From the IMG/VR virus record IMGVR_UViG_3300036781_000418, positions 278,592 through 342,591 of that record: a DNA stretch of 64,000 bases; one strand, written 5' to 3'. Positions 27,522-38,610 of the stretch are shown here, in pieces. The notes below the pieces were generated by a model. It saw nothing but the letters and a program-made list of their open reading frames with translations, did not search any database and was not told where the DNA came from. The position numbers and the translations under genes were made by a program. Each line of letters begins with the position of its first letter. The stretch's first letter is position 1.

Positions 27522-29723
27522 TCAACGATCCTTCAGCGCCTCAACGTCAGCCTTCAGCTGTTCGATCATGGCCTGCTGTTCGTTCATTCCGGCAACCAAC
27601 AGTGAAACCAGCTTCTCGTAACGGACCGTCAGGTAGTCGTTGTTGAACGGCGCTGGCGCCACGGCGTCCGGCATAACTTGCATAACGTCCTGCGCGATGA
27701 GACCGTGTTCGTGCTCGTTCGCTGGCATGTAGCCAAGCTCGTTGCAGAGGTCCATCTTCCAGTCGTAGGTCACACCACGAATTGCCTTCACCTTGTCCAC
27801 GGCGTTCGTGATCACCTGCACGTTGTCCTTCAAACGGATGTCGGAGGCGGAGGCGGTGATGTTGCCCGTGGCGGTGATGTTGCCCGTGAAGGCGTGCGTC
27901 GTGCCGCCATTCAAGGCCACGTAGTTCATGGCCGTCGTGCCGGAACCGAGACCGATGTAACCCAGCTGCGTACCGCCTGAAGTCAGGAACTGCACCACAC
28001 CCGTGTTGGAGCCGTTGTTCGTGATGAAAACGGAGCCAATGCCAGCGTAACCAACCATCACCGAGCCGTCGACGTTGATCTGCGATTGGTTGTGCAGGAT
28101 ACCCGTCATCGTGTCGCCAGCCTTGGCGACATAGGTGCCGCTGATCGAGGCGTTCGTCACGTACCCAGCGTCGTTCGACAGCTGTGAGACGCTGGTAAGG
28201 TTCTGGTTGTTCCAGATGGTGGACCAAGCGGACCAGCTAGTTTGATCACTGGTATCGTCGTTCACTCGGAAGTAAAGGCCTGACGGCGCGCCTTCCTCCG
28301 CGTTCCAGTTGGCCGTGAGCTGCATGGAACGCACGCCACCTGGACCAATGGCTTGAATACCAACGTGGTACGGTGTTGGAAAGTCAGTAGCCGCCAACGC
28401 ATCGAAGCCGGCAATTGACAGTGATGGGAAAGTCAGTGGGCCTGGGGAAACGCCTGAGCCGAAGCTGTAGTACAGGACTGGAGCACCCGTCACGTTGGCG
28501 TAGGCGACCGACGAGGCCGTCGCGGCGTTGCCAGTAATGTTGATACCCCACGTGCCTGAAGCGCCACCACCCGTCAACGATGGCGAGTAAGACGTGTAGT
28601 TGCCGTCGGTGAGGAGGGTGCGCCAGCCGTTCCATGCATGTGCGTCGCCGTCACGTGTACGAATCTTGATGTCGTTACCACCAAGACCATAGGCTGCCAC
28701 GAGCTGAGCCGTGTACTCGAAGGTCGTGCCGCTGAGACCGCCGAAGGTGATGAACGGTCCAGTTGGTTCACCAGTGCCACCGTACGTAAAGCCAGTTTCC
28801 AGCTTCGTGATGGACGTGTTCATGGACGTGCCGTCAGCTGAACTGATACGAGCACGACGTTGCAAGATGGCCTTGTCTTCCGTGACACCACCCAACTGCG
28901 CCGAGTTCGTGGCGTTTGTGGCCGAGTTCGCGGTGTTGGCGTTCGTGGCGAAGCCGACCGACAGTGCGGACTGCAGTGCCCAGTACGGTGCCGCGTTGTT
29001 GCCAGACAGGAAGACCATGTCCGCGCTAGACGCGGCGGCTGCGAAGCCAAACGAGGAACCGGTGTCGGCGTACAAGACCCCACCTGAGACCACCGTCGAA
29101 CGACCAGTGCCGCCGTGTGAGACTGGCAGGACGCCGGCCGTGATGTTGCCGGCGTTTAGGTAGTACGTGCTGTCCTGGCCGTCGAGCAAGTCAGCGTCAA
29201 GACCAGAGCCAGCGCCGTCGTTGTTCGCGTGCCAGACTTGTACGCCGTTGTACTTCAGACCGGCGTTTCCAAGCGTGCCGTCGATAGTCAAGGCGACGGC
29301 GTTGAGGGTGCCGCCGTTGCCGCCCCACGAATCACCAAAGCCGATTTGAACTGCACCACCACCCGCCTGAATGATGGACGGACGGTTGGTGCCGGTCGAA
29401 TCCTGGTTACCGATGACGATGCGCTGCGGTCCAGACGTTTGGGTGATGCGCAGGTAGCCTGGCAACTCCAGCTGACCGGTCATCACGTCGCCGATCTTCT
29501 TCACGAACTGGCTAGGGTCGCCACCGACTTGCAGCCAGCCTTGGGTCAGCTGCGGTGAACCCGCACCGAAACCACCCGTGTAGCCGTAAAGGTAGACACC
29601 GGTGGTACCCAGCCCGTCGGCGTTGTTGGTCTTGTAGAAGGCCAGGCCGTCCGGGATATCGTTTGTGGATGGCAGCGTCGGACCGTATGGGAGCTGCGCG
29701 CCGCCGTTAAGCGTCTTTGACAT
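27522..29723 (-). CDS. Tail fibre with C-terminal intramolecular chaperone (peptidase S74)
   Basis: GSGLDADLLDG, KAGDTMTG, ASDIRLKDNV...GLIAQDV..P.AV..YEKL..coiled coil. Late promoter at 29756-29761. Confidence 0.9.
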   Translation of the reverse strand: MSKTLNGGAQLPYGPTLPSTNDIPDGLAFYKTNNADGLGTTGVYLYGYTGGFGAGSPQLTQGWLQVGGDPSQFVKKIGDVMTGQLELPGYLRITQTSGPQRIVIGNQDSTGTNRPSIIQAGGGAVQIGFGDSWGGNGGTLNAVALTIDGTLGNAGLKYNGVQVWHANNDGAGSGLDADLLDGQDSTYYLNAGNITAGVLPVSHGGTGRSTVVSGGVLYADTGSSFGFAAAASSADMVFLSGNNAAPYWALQSALSVGFATNANTANSATNATNSAQLGGVTEDKAILQRRARISSADGTSMNTSITKLETGFTYGGTGEPTGPFITFGGLSGTTFEYTAQLVAAYGLGGNDIKIRTRDGDAHAWNGWRTLLTDGNYTSYSPSLTGGGASGTWGINITGNAATASSVAYANVTGAPVLYYSFGSGVSPGPLTFPSLSIAGFDALAATDFPTPYHVGIQAIGPGGVRSMQLTANWNAEEGAPSGLYFRVNDDTSDQTSWSAWSTIWNNQNLTSVSQLSNDAGYVTNASISGTYVAKAGDTMTGILHNQSQINVDGSVMVGYAGIGSVFITNNGSNTGVVQFLTSGGTQLGYIGLGSGTTAMNYVALNGGTTHAFTGNITATGNITASASDIRLKDNVQVITNAVDKVKAIRGVTYDWKMDLCNELGYMPANEHEHGLIAQDVMQVMPDAVAPAPFNNDYLTVRYEKLVSLLVAGMNEQQAMIEQLKADVEALKDR

Positions 29724-29860
29724 GCGTTTTCCTACTTGTAGGTAGATAGATCGGCTATTTAGCTTCCGGCGTCCCAAGTTCATGATCTTGCAGTCCAATC
29801 GATGGGTTGAGGTCGTCGCCCAAAAATCTACAATCATCTGTACACGTTTATGGAGACCTA

Positions 29861-30862
29861 ATGTCAACCGGCTACCTCAATCAAGACTTCAAGCAGTGTC
29901 TCATCGACCTCAACACGCATGGCATCGTCAGCGCCCCACGTGGATCCGAGACGAAGGAGCTGCTGAACTACAACATCACCCTGCGCGATCCACGCAACCG
30001 CCTGATCACGATGCGCGATCGCAACACCAAGCTGCCCTACCTGCTGGGCGAGTTCATCTGGTACCTCGGTGGCTCGAATGAACCGACCGACATCCTGGCG
30101 TACTCGAAGTTCTGGGGACAGCTCACCAACGTCGGTGGACCTGAAGGTTACGCGGACGGCACGATCAACTCCAACTATGGCTACCGCTTCTTCGGCCACG
30201 ACAAGAACGCGGCGGTCGACCGCGGCTACGACGAGAAGACGTCGCAGTGGTACACGGTGGTCGACATCCTGTCCAAGGACAAGGACTCCCGTCAGGCCAT
30301 CATGAACGTGCACTTGCCCGCTGACCGCTGGGCTGGCAACAAGGACGTGCCGTGCACCCTGTCCCTGCAGTTCTTCATTCGTGACAACGCCCTGCACATG
30401 ATCGTGAACATGCGGTCGAACGACGTCATCTTGGGCTTCACCAACGACGTCTTCCAGTTCACCATGCTGCAGGAAGCGATGCTGCTCCAGCTCCAGCGCT
30501 TCTACCCGGACATTGAACTCGGCTTCTACTACCACAACGCCGGCTCGATGCACATCTACGACCGTCACTACGCCATGATGGACAAGATCATGGCCGACGA
30601 GACCGTGATCGACGTGTCCATGGTTCCGATGGACAAGTTCAACGACCAGATCATTCTGGGTCTGTACACGGTTGAGCAGGTCTGGCGTCAAGCTGGCATG
30701 AATCCCGACTTCGATCCGGCTACCGTCGGTGCTTGGGCCCTCCTGACGCCGTACTGGCAGAACCTCTTCCGCATGTGTTTCCTTGAAGACGCCGAGGCCT
30801 TCAGCTACATCTTCGGTGACACCCATGACGATCACGTTCACGGTGAGCACTGTGAGCACTGA
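29861..30862 (+). CDS. Thymidylate-synthase homologue, dCMP hydroxymethylase/hydroxylase-like (T4 gp42-type)
   Basis: INSNYG, DSRQA, KDVPCT, MRSNDVILGFTND (Asp at the cytosine-specificity position), GSMHIY. Confidence 0.8.
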   Translation: MSTGYLNQDFKQCLIDLNTHGIVSAPRGSETKELLNYNITLRDPRNRLITMRDRNTKLPYLLGEFIWYLGGSNEPTDILAYSKFWGQLTNVGGPEGYADGTINSNYGYRFFGHDKNAAVDRGYDEKTSQWYTVVDILSKDKDSRQAIMNVHLPADRWAGNKDVPCTLSLQFFIRDNALHMIVNMRSNDVILGFTNDVFQFTMLQEAMLLQLQRFYPDIELGFYYHNAGSMHIYDRHYAMMDKIMADETVIDVSMVPMDKFNDQIILGLYTVEQVWRQAGMNPDFDPATVGAWALLTPYWQNLFRMCFLEDAEAFSYIFGDTHDDHVHGEHCEH

Positions 30863-31058
30863 ACGCTACCCAGTCGGCACGCTGCTGCGATTTTTAGAGA
30901 ACAGCAGCGTGCCTGAAGATCCAATCTACGGGTACGTCGTGGAGAACTACAAGTTGCCAGGCGACGTCTGCGTCTGTTGGGAGACCAACATGATGTCGTC
31001 CTACGACGAAGAGTGGCTCGACGGACACACGGTCATCAACACAACTGGTAAACGCTAA
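30852..31058 (+). CDS. Hypothetical protein
   Basis: Short ORF overlapping the previous stop. Confidence 0.4.
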   Translation: MSTERYPVGTLLRFLENSSVPEDPIYGYVVENYKLPGDVCVCWETNMMSSYDEEWLDGHTVINTTGKR

Positions 31059-31060
31059 CC

Positions 31061-31303
31061 ATGTTCGCATACGCAATCCTCGCAATCCTCGTGCTGATGG
31101 GCACGACCTTCGGTACTCGGTACCTCAACTTCTCGTCTGACCACACCATCGGCGCGATGGTGCTGTCAGCCGGTTTGGCGGTTGGCCTGCTCATCATGGG
31201 TGGTGTCGCCCATGTAGATGAAATTGCCCATGACAGGGTCATCGCCGCCGCACAGTGCGCGACTGGTCCGGTTCCGACACCCGCACCACCAGCGTCCAAG
31301 TGA
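31061..31303 (+). CDS. Small membrane protein
   Basis: Two hydrophobic segments. Confidence 0.5.
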   Translation: MFAYAILAILVLMGTTFGTRYLNFSSDHTIGAMVLSAGLAVGLLIMGGVAHVDEIAHDRVIAAAQCATGPVPTPAPPASK

Positions 31304-31490
31304 AGCACAACCTCGGCGCGCAACCAAGGTCAGTGACCGTCAAGGCGCTGCTGACCTCGTTGATTGAACGACGTGAACCCCAAGAGGTGATCGTCGTTCA
31401 CCACTACATCGATAAGATGGACGTTCTTCAGCTGGAGGTCGAGCGTCGATCAACGACGTTGGGCGTTCACTTTGAAAGGGTTTTCATCAG

Positions 31491-32072
31491 ATGAAATATG
31501 GAATCCAAATTCGGTTTCACGATGGACAAATCGAATACCTGTACAGCAGCCGCTATTTGGGGTTGACGAAGGACATCACCGAGACCGCGCTCTACAACCA
31601 AGAGCAGAGCGCGATCGACGCGGTCAAGCTACTGCGCAAGGACGGGCATGAGCCAGATGATGGGGAGTTTGAAGTCATCGGCGTAGAGTACGCCGTGCAG
31701 AAGACCGTCACGGTTAAGCAGCCTCCACGGAAGACGGGCTACGCAATCATCACCTCATCGGTTGAAAAGCCCGACATTGACGTCTTCTTCAACGGTACCA
31801 AGCGACCTGGCATTCACGACAACCGACTCCACCAGTTCTTCGGAACCATTCATCGCGCCACCACGTTCGAGACTGAGGCCTTGGCTGAGGCGCGTGTTCA
31901 GGTGATCATCGCCGCCGCCGACTTCGCGTTGAACGAGGCTGGTAAACCAGCTTACGACTACGGCGGTTTCCGAAACACCGCGGAAGAACGTGAGCGCTCA
32001 CGACAAGCGTGCATCGCCTACGCCCAACGACTTCGAGACGACTTGAACGCAATCCACGTAGAAAAGCTCTAA
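31491..32072 (+). CDS. Hypothetical protein
   Basis: 193 aa, coupled to its neighbours. Confidence 0.6.
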   Translation: MKYGIQIRFHDGQIEYLYSSRYLGLTKDITETALYNQEQSAIDAVKLLRKDGHEPDDGEFEVIGVEYAVQKTVTVKQPPRKTGYAIITSSVEKPDIDVFFNGTKRPGIHDNRLHQFFGTIHRATTFETEALAEARVQVIIAAADFALNEAGKPAYDYGGFRNTAEERERSRQACIAYAQRLRDDLNAIHVEKL

Positions 32073-33826
32073 TGAAATACGAATCGCAGATCCTCGAGGC
32101 CTATACGTACCTCGGCTTCGCACCACGGCCAGGTCAGGTTGAGAACATCAACCTGATCCTCACGACCTTCCTTGACGACGGTATCAAGACGATCACACTG
32201 TCCGCGCCAACCGGCACGGGCAAGTCACTGATCGGGGCGGTGACCGCCGAGGTACTTCACCGCATCAAGCACCCAGACGTTGAAGCGGGCGCGAGCTTTC
32301 TGCTGTCGCCGACGAACCTGCTGTCCGAGCAGTACCACACCACCTTCCAACAGGGGCGTGATCCAATGGACACTCGGTTCAGGATGTTAAAGGGCGCGAA
32401 CAACTACGAGTGTTCAGCCCTGTCCACGGATGAGGAACAGCAGAACGCCGAGGTCTGCGCCAACATCATGTTCAAGAAGCAGGGCATGGAGCCGATCATC
32501 CAAGAGCACTGCAACAAGTGCCTCTTCATGTTCCACAAGAGCATGCGTGACCGCGCCCGCCACCTGATCACGAACTACTCCATGTTCTTCGTTGATCGGA
32601 TGTACACGAAGCGGATGGCCCCGCGCACCTTGACCGTCTTTGACGAGGCCCACCTCATCAACGACCTGTTCACCGAGCACAACGCCATCTACTTCTCAGA
32701 CTCACGCCTCGTGAAGATGCAGAAGGAAGTGTCGGAAGGCCTGACTCTTGGCCACACCTCGATCTTCAAGGACCTGAAGCAGATTCGACTGGACATGCTG
32801 GATGGCAAGATCAACGAAGGCACGTACATCCAGTACCTGACTCAGCTTGCGGAAATCTACGCCGACGTGTCGGAGCAGGCGGCCGCCGAGATGGAGCGTA
32901 CCATCCGCTCACCGAAGCGCTACATGCAGCTGTCCGACCTGCAGCGGAAGTACTTCGGCCTGGGCTGTAAGATCGGCGACCTGCTGCTCTACCAGTACCC
33001 ACACGCTTTCGAGCACAAGGTCCGTGATCCGAAGTTCAAGGGCAGTGAGGACGAGGTCTCCGTGAAGCCGATCTTCGTCGGCGACATGTTCAAGATCCTT
33101 GACTACTCGGAGCACAACCTCTTGATGTCGGCGACGTTCTCCAAGACGTACGCCACCCGCACCCTGACGTTGGGCGACTCGCACCGCCACATTCGCCTTG
33201 AACCCACGTTCCCACGTGAGAACAAGAAGGTCCTGTTCTTCAAGACGCAGACCTTGAACTACAACACGATGCAGCAGCCTGAGACCTTGAAGAAGCTCCA
33301 AGCTTCGGCCTACGAGATCGTCAAGCACCACACCGACCTTGGTGAACGCGGCATCCTGCTGGCACCGTCGTTCATCGTGGCCAACGGGGTGGCTGAAGCG
33401 CTCCGTGGCATGAAGGTCGGCACCCGCATCTTCGAGCAGGTGCGTGGTGAGAAGCTGGGCACCGTCGTGGCGCGCTTCAAGGAGTTCAACGAAGGTCCCG
33501 CCCTGTTGGTGACGCCGTCTGGCTTCGAAGGTCTTGATCTGGCCGGTGACCTTAGCCGCTACCAGATCATCTTGAAGACCCCGTACGCCTCGCTTGGTGA
33601 AGCACGCATCCGCCACATCGCCAACGGCTACCCCGACATCTACCGCCTCATGGCGACGATGAAGGTGGTCCAAGGTGCGGGTCGGTCAGTGCGTGGTCCA
33701 GACGACTACGCCATCACGTACATCATGGACGCGGCGGCCCAAGCCCTTTGGACTAGCTCGGACATGGAGTGGGCCAACGAGTTCTCAACGCGCTTCAGCA
33801 GCCTGCTGGTTGATCCCAATGAATGA
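32072..33826 (+). CDS. DinG/Rad3-like SF2 helicase
   Basis: PRPGQ, APTGTGKS, KGANNYEC plus Cys cluster, DEAH, MSAT, EGLD, QGAGRSVR. Confidence 0.9.
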   Translation: MKYESQILEAYTYLGFAPRPGQVENINLILTTFLDDGIKTITLSAPTGTGKSLIGAVTAEVLHRIKHPDVEAGASFLLSPTNLLSEQYHTTFQQGRDPMDTRFRMLKGANNYECSALSTDEEQQNAEVCANIMFKKQGMEPIIQEHCNKCLFMFHKSMRDRARHLITNYSMFFVDRMYTKRMAPRTLTVFDEAHLINDLFTEHNAIYFSDSRLVKMQKEVSEGLTLGHTSIFKDLKQIRLDMLDGKINEGTYIQYLTQLAEIYADVSEQAAAEMERTIRSPKRYMQLSDLQRKYFGLGCKIGDLLLYQYPHAFEHKVRDPKFKGSEDEVSVKPIFVGDMFKILDYSEHNLLMSATFSKTYATRTLTLGDSHRHIRLEPTFPRENKKVLFFKTQTLNYNTMQQPETLKKLQASAYEIVKHHTDLGERGILLAPSFIVANGVAEALRGMKVGTRIFEQVRGEKLGTVVARFKEFNEGPALLVTPSGFEGLDLAGDLSRYQIILKTPYASLGEARIRHIANGYPDIYRLMATMKVVQGAGRSVRGPDDYAITYIMDAAAQALWTSSDMEWANEFSTRFSSLLVDPNE

Positions 33827-34943
33827 GCTTGAAGAGGATGAAGAAGAGCCCCGTGTCGGTAGAATATCAAAGATGTCAAGACACTTTTCAACACGCGACC
33901 TTACTATCTTGGGTGGAGCCACAATGAGAGACGGAACGTACATCACCGACGACTACGAAGAGTCGAGGAAGATGGCCTTCATCACGAGTCTTGTCGATCA
34001 AGGCCACACGGTGCTGAACGATCGGCGCAAGTGCCAGAAGCCTGACATGCCGCTGATGGCCTTCGTCAAGCTCGTGCAGGCCTTGGCCGCCAAGGTGAAC
34101 AGCTCGACGGCCCAGGTCATCATGTACGGGCCTGGCTACTCGGACAACGCGAACACCGGTACGGCCACGGTGTTCAGCAAGGACATCTACATCAACGTGC
34201 AGTTCGAGCCGGACATTGCCACGATCGACGTCTTCTGCTGGGGCAACTACATTCCCATCATCGGCAAGGCGATCGAGGAGATCACCATGCCACTCGGTCC
34301 ACGCATTCACTGGGCGTACGGCAAGCACGGTGAGACCATGACTCAGCAGCTGAACATGGTTCCCCTCGTCATCGGTGCGTACCCATGGATGAAGCAGACG
34401 TACGAGGACTACGTCGACGCGTTCATGAAGTCGAGCGCGAACATCCTCATCCTGCTTGGCCCAGCCGGAACCGGCAAGACGTCGTTCATCCGCAACATGA
34501 TCGCCCGCACGAAGTCCCAAGCGCTGCTCACCTACGACCAAGAGCTGATTCGCGACGAGCGCTTCTTCGTGAACTTCATGGAGGGTCAGTCCACCTTCAT
34601 GGTGGCCGAGGACTGTGACACCATGCTGAAGTCCCGTGAGGACGGCAACACGATGATGCACCGGTTCCTGAACATCGCCGACGGTCTGGTCTCGAGCTCG
34701 AAGAAGAAGCTGATCTTCAGCACGAACCTGCCAACGGTACGTGACATCGACACGGCGCTGATCCGTCCTGGTCGCTGCTTCGACGTGATGGAGTTCCGTC
34801 CACTGACCCGTGTTGAGGCGACCGCCGTGACGACGCGCTACAACCTTGACCTGGCAGACGGCAACTCGTTCACGTTGGCCGAGCTCTTCAACGGCGAACA
34901 ACCAAGCGCGACCACCGTGAACAGGTCGATGGGTTTCACCTGA
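33819..34943 (+). CDS. AAA+ ATPase
   Basis: GPAGTGKT, VAEDCD, FLNIADG, STN, DTALIRPGRCFD. Confidence 0.85.
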   Translation: MNELEEDEEEPRVGRISKMSRHFSTRDLTILGGATMRDGTYITDDYEESRKMAFITSLVDQGHTVLNDRRKCQKPDMPLMAFVKLVQALAAKVNSSTAQVIMYGPGYSDNANTGTATVFSKDIYINVQFEPDIATIDVFCWGNYIPIIGKAIEEITMPLGPRIHWAYGKHGETMTQQLNMVPLVIGAYPWMKQTYEDYVDAFMKSSANILILLGPAGTGKTSFIRNMIARTKSQALLTYDQELIRDERFFVNFMEGQSTFMVAEDCDTMLKSREDGNTMMHRFLNIADGLVSSSKKKLIFSTNLPTVRDIDTALIRPGRCFDVMEFRPLTRVEATAVTTRYNLDLADGNSFTLAELFNGEQPSATTVNRSMGFT

Positions 34944-35040
34944 TCACGAGCAAAGTCTAACCAGAACCTGTATCGTGTTCAAGCGTAGCGTCTCGTTTGC
35001 GTAGAATGAGACCTACTGTTCCACAACTCATAGGTCTGAC

Positions 35041-35466
35041 ATGATCCTCACGACTGAAAAGGCCGTCGAGCCGCCGCGGATTCTCGCCAAGATTCAGCTC
35101 GACGCAGCCGAGCTGCTGTTGCTGAACCGCATCATCACGCTGGTTGAGAGTCGCGCCTTGCCAGACGACACTGGTGTCACTCAGTCCAGCGAAGCGTACT
35201 ACTTTGGCCGTGACGCCATCGAAACGCTTGGCCGCAAGCTGCGCAACGAGTACCGTGCGTTGGACCAAACCAACCCGTTCACCGCCGCCCGTGACTACAG
35301 CGCATTGAACTACAACGCGGTGACGACGATGTCCATCGTCGACGGCAGGGTCATATACGTGAAGGGGCACGACACCCGCGTGCAGCTCGCCTTCAGCGAC
35401 GGCGACGTGCTGTGGATCAAGGACGCCGACGCCAAGATCAACACCTCGGTGGAGCAAGCCGAATGA
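35041..35466 (+). CDS. Hypothetical protein
   Basis: 141 aa; TAGAAT box upstream. Confidence 0.55.
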   Translation: MILTTEKAVEPPRILAKIQLDAAELLLLNRIITLVESRALPDDTGVTQSSEAYYFGRDAIETLGRKLRNEYRALDQTNPFTAARDYSALNYNAVTTMSIVDGRVIYVKGHDTRVQLAFSDGDVLWIKDADAKINTSVEQAE

Positions 35467-35867
35467 CGACCATCTCCACTGAAGACGGCAAGCGGGACTT
35501 CAAGCCGGGCACGATCACGTTCACGCCGCTGGAACTGCTCATGCTGCGCCGTATGCTGTACGCCACCGGCGCGGCTCACAACACGACGCATGGCGAGCCA
35601 CTGACGTCGGCACAGTTCGATACCGGCTATACGACCCTTGAAGGCATGAAGCACAAGGTGCGCAGCCACTTCAACGCCGTCGATGAATATGCTCGTGAGT
35701 TCGTTGATCCGTCGAACGTCGCCAACGAATGCGCCAGCATGTACATTGAAGAGCGTGTCGGTCGCGCCCTGATCTCGTACGGTGACCATTTCGTCATGCG
35801 CATGAGCCTCTCCGAGCGTGACATCAAGTGGTCCATCACCCTTCCACAACCTCGCCCGACAACCTAA
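35463..35867 (+). CDS. Hypothetical protein
   Basis: ATGA-coupled; shares an ELLxLxR helix with the previous ORF. Confidence 0.55.
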   Translation: MTTISTEDGKRDFKPGTITFTPLELLMLRRMLYATGAAHNTTHGEPLTSAQFDTGYTTLEGMKHKVRSHFNAVDEYAREFVDPSNVANECASMYIEERVGRALISYGDHFVMRMSLSERDIKWSITLPQPRPTT

Positions 35868-36485
35868 ATGACCGACTACCCTCAACCCTCCGTCTTCCTG
35901 ATTGAAGGTCTCGACCGCCTTGGTAAGTCCACGCTCGTCGAGAACATCATCGACAAGCTGGGCTACTACCAGCGCCTCCACTTCTCCAAACCGAAGATGG
36001 TCGAGCGCTACGCCAATGCGGAAGCGGACGTTGAGTTGGCGGTCAAGTACGGCGTGTCCAGTGAGAACGCCGCGCTGTTCCACTACCAGCAGGCGTGCTT
36101 CCGCAACTTGTTCATCATGGCCCACAGCTACGGTCGCTTCATCTGCGACCGCGCCCACCTCGGCGAGGCGGTCTACTCGAACCTCTACCGCGGCTACGAC
36201 GGCAACTACGTCTTCGACCTTGAAGAGAACCTCGCGGCCAACGAGCTCGCCCGAGTGCGGCTCATTCTGTTGGTCGAGAACTTCACGTGCTCCAAGCACT
36301 TCGTCGACGACGGCCACAGCCTTGGCCCAGAGTCGGCGCGCGCCAAGGAGCAGGACCTGTTCATGCACGCGTTCAACCGCTCCATCATCCGCGACAAGCG
36401 CGTGGTGAGCGTGACGGACATCTACACGGGCCAGTTCCGTGATCCACAGGACATCCTCGAAGAGGTTCTGGCTCATGCTTTCTGA
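35868..36485 (+). CDS. Thymidylate/dNMP kinase
   Basis: IEGLDRLGKST P-loop; ICDRAHLGEAVYS..YRG. Confidence 0.85.
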   Translation: MTDYPQPSVFLIEGLDRLGKSTLVENIIDKLGYYQRLHFSKPKMVERYANAEADVELAVKYGVSSENAALFHYQQACFRNLFIMAHSYGRFICDRAHLGEAVYSNLYRGYDGNYVFDLEENLAANELARVRLILLVENFTCSKHFVDDGHSLGPESARAKEQDLFMHAFNRSIIRDKRVVSVTDIYTGQFRDPQDILEEVLAHAF

Positions 36486-37111
36486 GGTTCCACCCAATGC
36501 GCCTGGTTTATCGCTTGAAGATCTTCAGTCAAATGAGGGCCTTACGTTCTTGGCTATCTGCTACGACGCGTGCTTTCCGAACGAGGATGGCCCAGTTGAC
36601 GACGCCACCGCCACGGCACGTCAGGCAACCTATCCGGCCGCCAGTACCACCAGCCCCTCCAAGGCGGTCTCCTTCCCCAACAAAACCCGCTTCCTCCAGT
36701 TCGTCAAGAGTCTCCTCAGACACCACGAACGTGCTCTTGCTCGCGCGAGAGAGACAGAGACTTGAAAACGAGAAACGTATGCACGCCGAACAAATCTTCC
36801 GAACTACGCTCAAGGAGCTGGCAGCCGATGGAAACGAGAAGGCGAGGCTCGCCTTGACCCTCTGCGCCGACGTTCCGCCCGCCGACCCGAACGTGATCAG
36901 TGACGCAAAGGGCATGCTGCAGAACGCGATCATCGAATTGCAAGGTGCGCTTAAGGCAAACGGTTTGGAGTGGACGTCGACCACTGACAAATACATCGCA
37001 ACGGCGACACGCATGATCGTCGCGACCATCGCGAAGCTCTAACCCAAGTTAAGGGTTAGAGCGGCTCATGTTTCGGGCTACAATGAGCGCAGTTCAACTA
37101 CTTCTAATCCT

Positions 37112-38272
37112 ATGAACATCGGTGTTATCAAGCTTGGCGCCCGCATCACCTGGGAAACCGACGCCGCCGTCGGACCAGGCGAGGCCATTTCCATCTGCAA
37201 GGCCCTCCAACGCGGTGGCGCCAACGTCAGCGTCCTCACGAAGATTCTGCCCAAGGACACGCTTCACCCGTCGCTGACGTGGAAGAACATCCTCGAGGCG
37301 ACGACCGCTGACTCGCTCGAGCACCTTGATCACCTGATCGTCGTCAACGGCAACGTGAACTTCTTCGGCGGGGCCGAGGACGAAGCCCAGATCGCGAACT
37401 ACACGGTGATCAACAACTTCCCAGGCAAGGTCACCTACGTGATGTGCGACCCTGAGCTGCCACTTATGCAGATTTGGGGCAACGTGTCCGGCAAGGAGTG
37501 GGGCTCGAAGTACGCCGAGGCCGACATTAACATCACCCGCCCTGACATCAGCGTCCTGTCGCAGCCGTTTGCCACCGACAAGGTGCGTGAACGCTGGAGC
37601 AAGAAGAAGGGTGCGGCACCGATCGGCAACTTCTTCCACTTCCCAATGGAGCGTTTTCCACTGCTGAACGAGTGGCTGCCACCCAACCCAACTCCACAGG
37701 TTGATCTCATGTACGGCGGCACGACTCGGGGCGGTCGCAGAATTCCTAACCTGTTGAAGTGGTACGTTGACTTGCCTGAGGACATCAGCGTTAACGTCTT
37801 TGGCAAGATCGATCGCGATGACTTTACCAAGCATCCAAAGTACGTACCACAGGTGATGCAGTTGGATCAGCCAGCTGATCATCGCTGGCCAGTGTTTACT
37901 GGCATGGTGAAGTACTGTAGCGTCCTGCCAAAGATGAACACGGCCTTGGCCCACCTGGTTACTGGCGACCCGTCCTACGAGGTGTTGGACATCATTCCAC
38001 AGCGCGCCATGGAGTGCATTGCCGCCGGCAACGTTGTCTTCGTGGACGCGAACATGGACTCCTCACGTCGCATCTACCCAACAGGACTTGCACGCGAGTT
38101 CCTGTACGTGACCAACCAAGCTGAGCTGGTTGAGAGGTTGCGGCAGGTAAAGTCCAACGACGGACTGCGCCAACAACTCATTGCTTCGCAGGTCGCTGAA
38201 ACTCGCTTTGACGCTGACGAATTTTGTCAGAGTCTGGTTACAACCTTGAAGGCACAACGATGGACACGATAA
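37112..38272 (+). CDS. DNA beta-glucosyltransferase homologue (T4 BGT family glycosyltransferase)
   Basis: Colinear with T4 BGT as recalled: DHLIVVNGNVNFFGG, CDPELP..IW.NV, SQ, FP.E, DLMYGG..RGGRR. Confidence 0.8.
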   Translation: MNIGVIKLGARITWETDAAVGPGEAISICKALQRGGANVSVLTKILPKDTLHPSLTWKNILEATTADSLEHLDHLIVVNGNVNFFGGAEDEAQIANYTVINNFPGKVTYVMCDPELPLMQIWGNVSGKEWGSKYAEADINITRPDISVLSQPFATDKVRERWSKKKGAAPIGNFFHFPMERFPLLNEWLPPNPTPQVDLMYGGTTRGGRRIPNLLKWYVDLPEDISVNVFGKIDRDDFTKHPKYVPQVMQLDQPADHRWPVFTGMVKYCSVLPKMNTALAHLVTGDPSYEVLDIIPQRAMECIAAGNVVFVDANMDSSRRIYPTGLAREFLYVTNQAELVERLRQVKSNDGLRQQLIASQVAETRFDADEFCQSLVTTLKAQRWTR

Positions 38273-38610
38273 GCAGGCTGGTTGACAGACTGACGACCCT
38301 TACGCGGCACCTGGTGGACAATGAAAACTCCACCTTGATCGTTGAGTCTACGCGTGAGAAAAACGCTGAAAACATCGGCCGCGAGTTGCTTGACTGCCGG
38401 CGCGAGCTGTTCGCCGAGCTGAAGAAGTTGCGGGAGAAGGCCAAGCGCTGGGACGCGCTGAAGAAGCATGGGCAGTTGGAGCAGGCGCATCTTGACTACA
38501 GCACCGTTCGCTACTCCATCGAGTTCGACATCAGCAAGGTTGATTTGTCCATGCGTAAAGCGGTCGACCGTCTGATCAAGGAACACGAGACCAAGGAGAG
38601 CACTGAATAA
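38260..38610 (+). CDS. Hypothetical protein
   Basis: Coiled-coil ORF in operon. Confidence 0.5.
   Translation: MDTISRLVDRLTTLTRHLVDNENSTLIVESTREKNAENIGRELLDCRRELFAELKKLREKAKRWDALKKHGQLEQAHLDYSTVRYSIEFDISKVDLSMRKAVDRLIKEHETKESTE

Noticed and set aside
36439-37042. Overlapping ORFs 36439..36765 and 36497..37042 as dual coding
   Set aside because: More simply two consecutive small genes (about 36475-36765 and 36762/36779-37042); the Pro/Ser-rich extension looks like off-frame translation.
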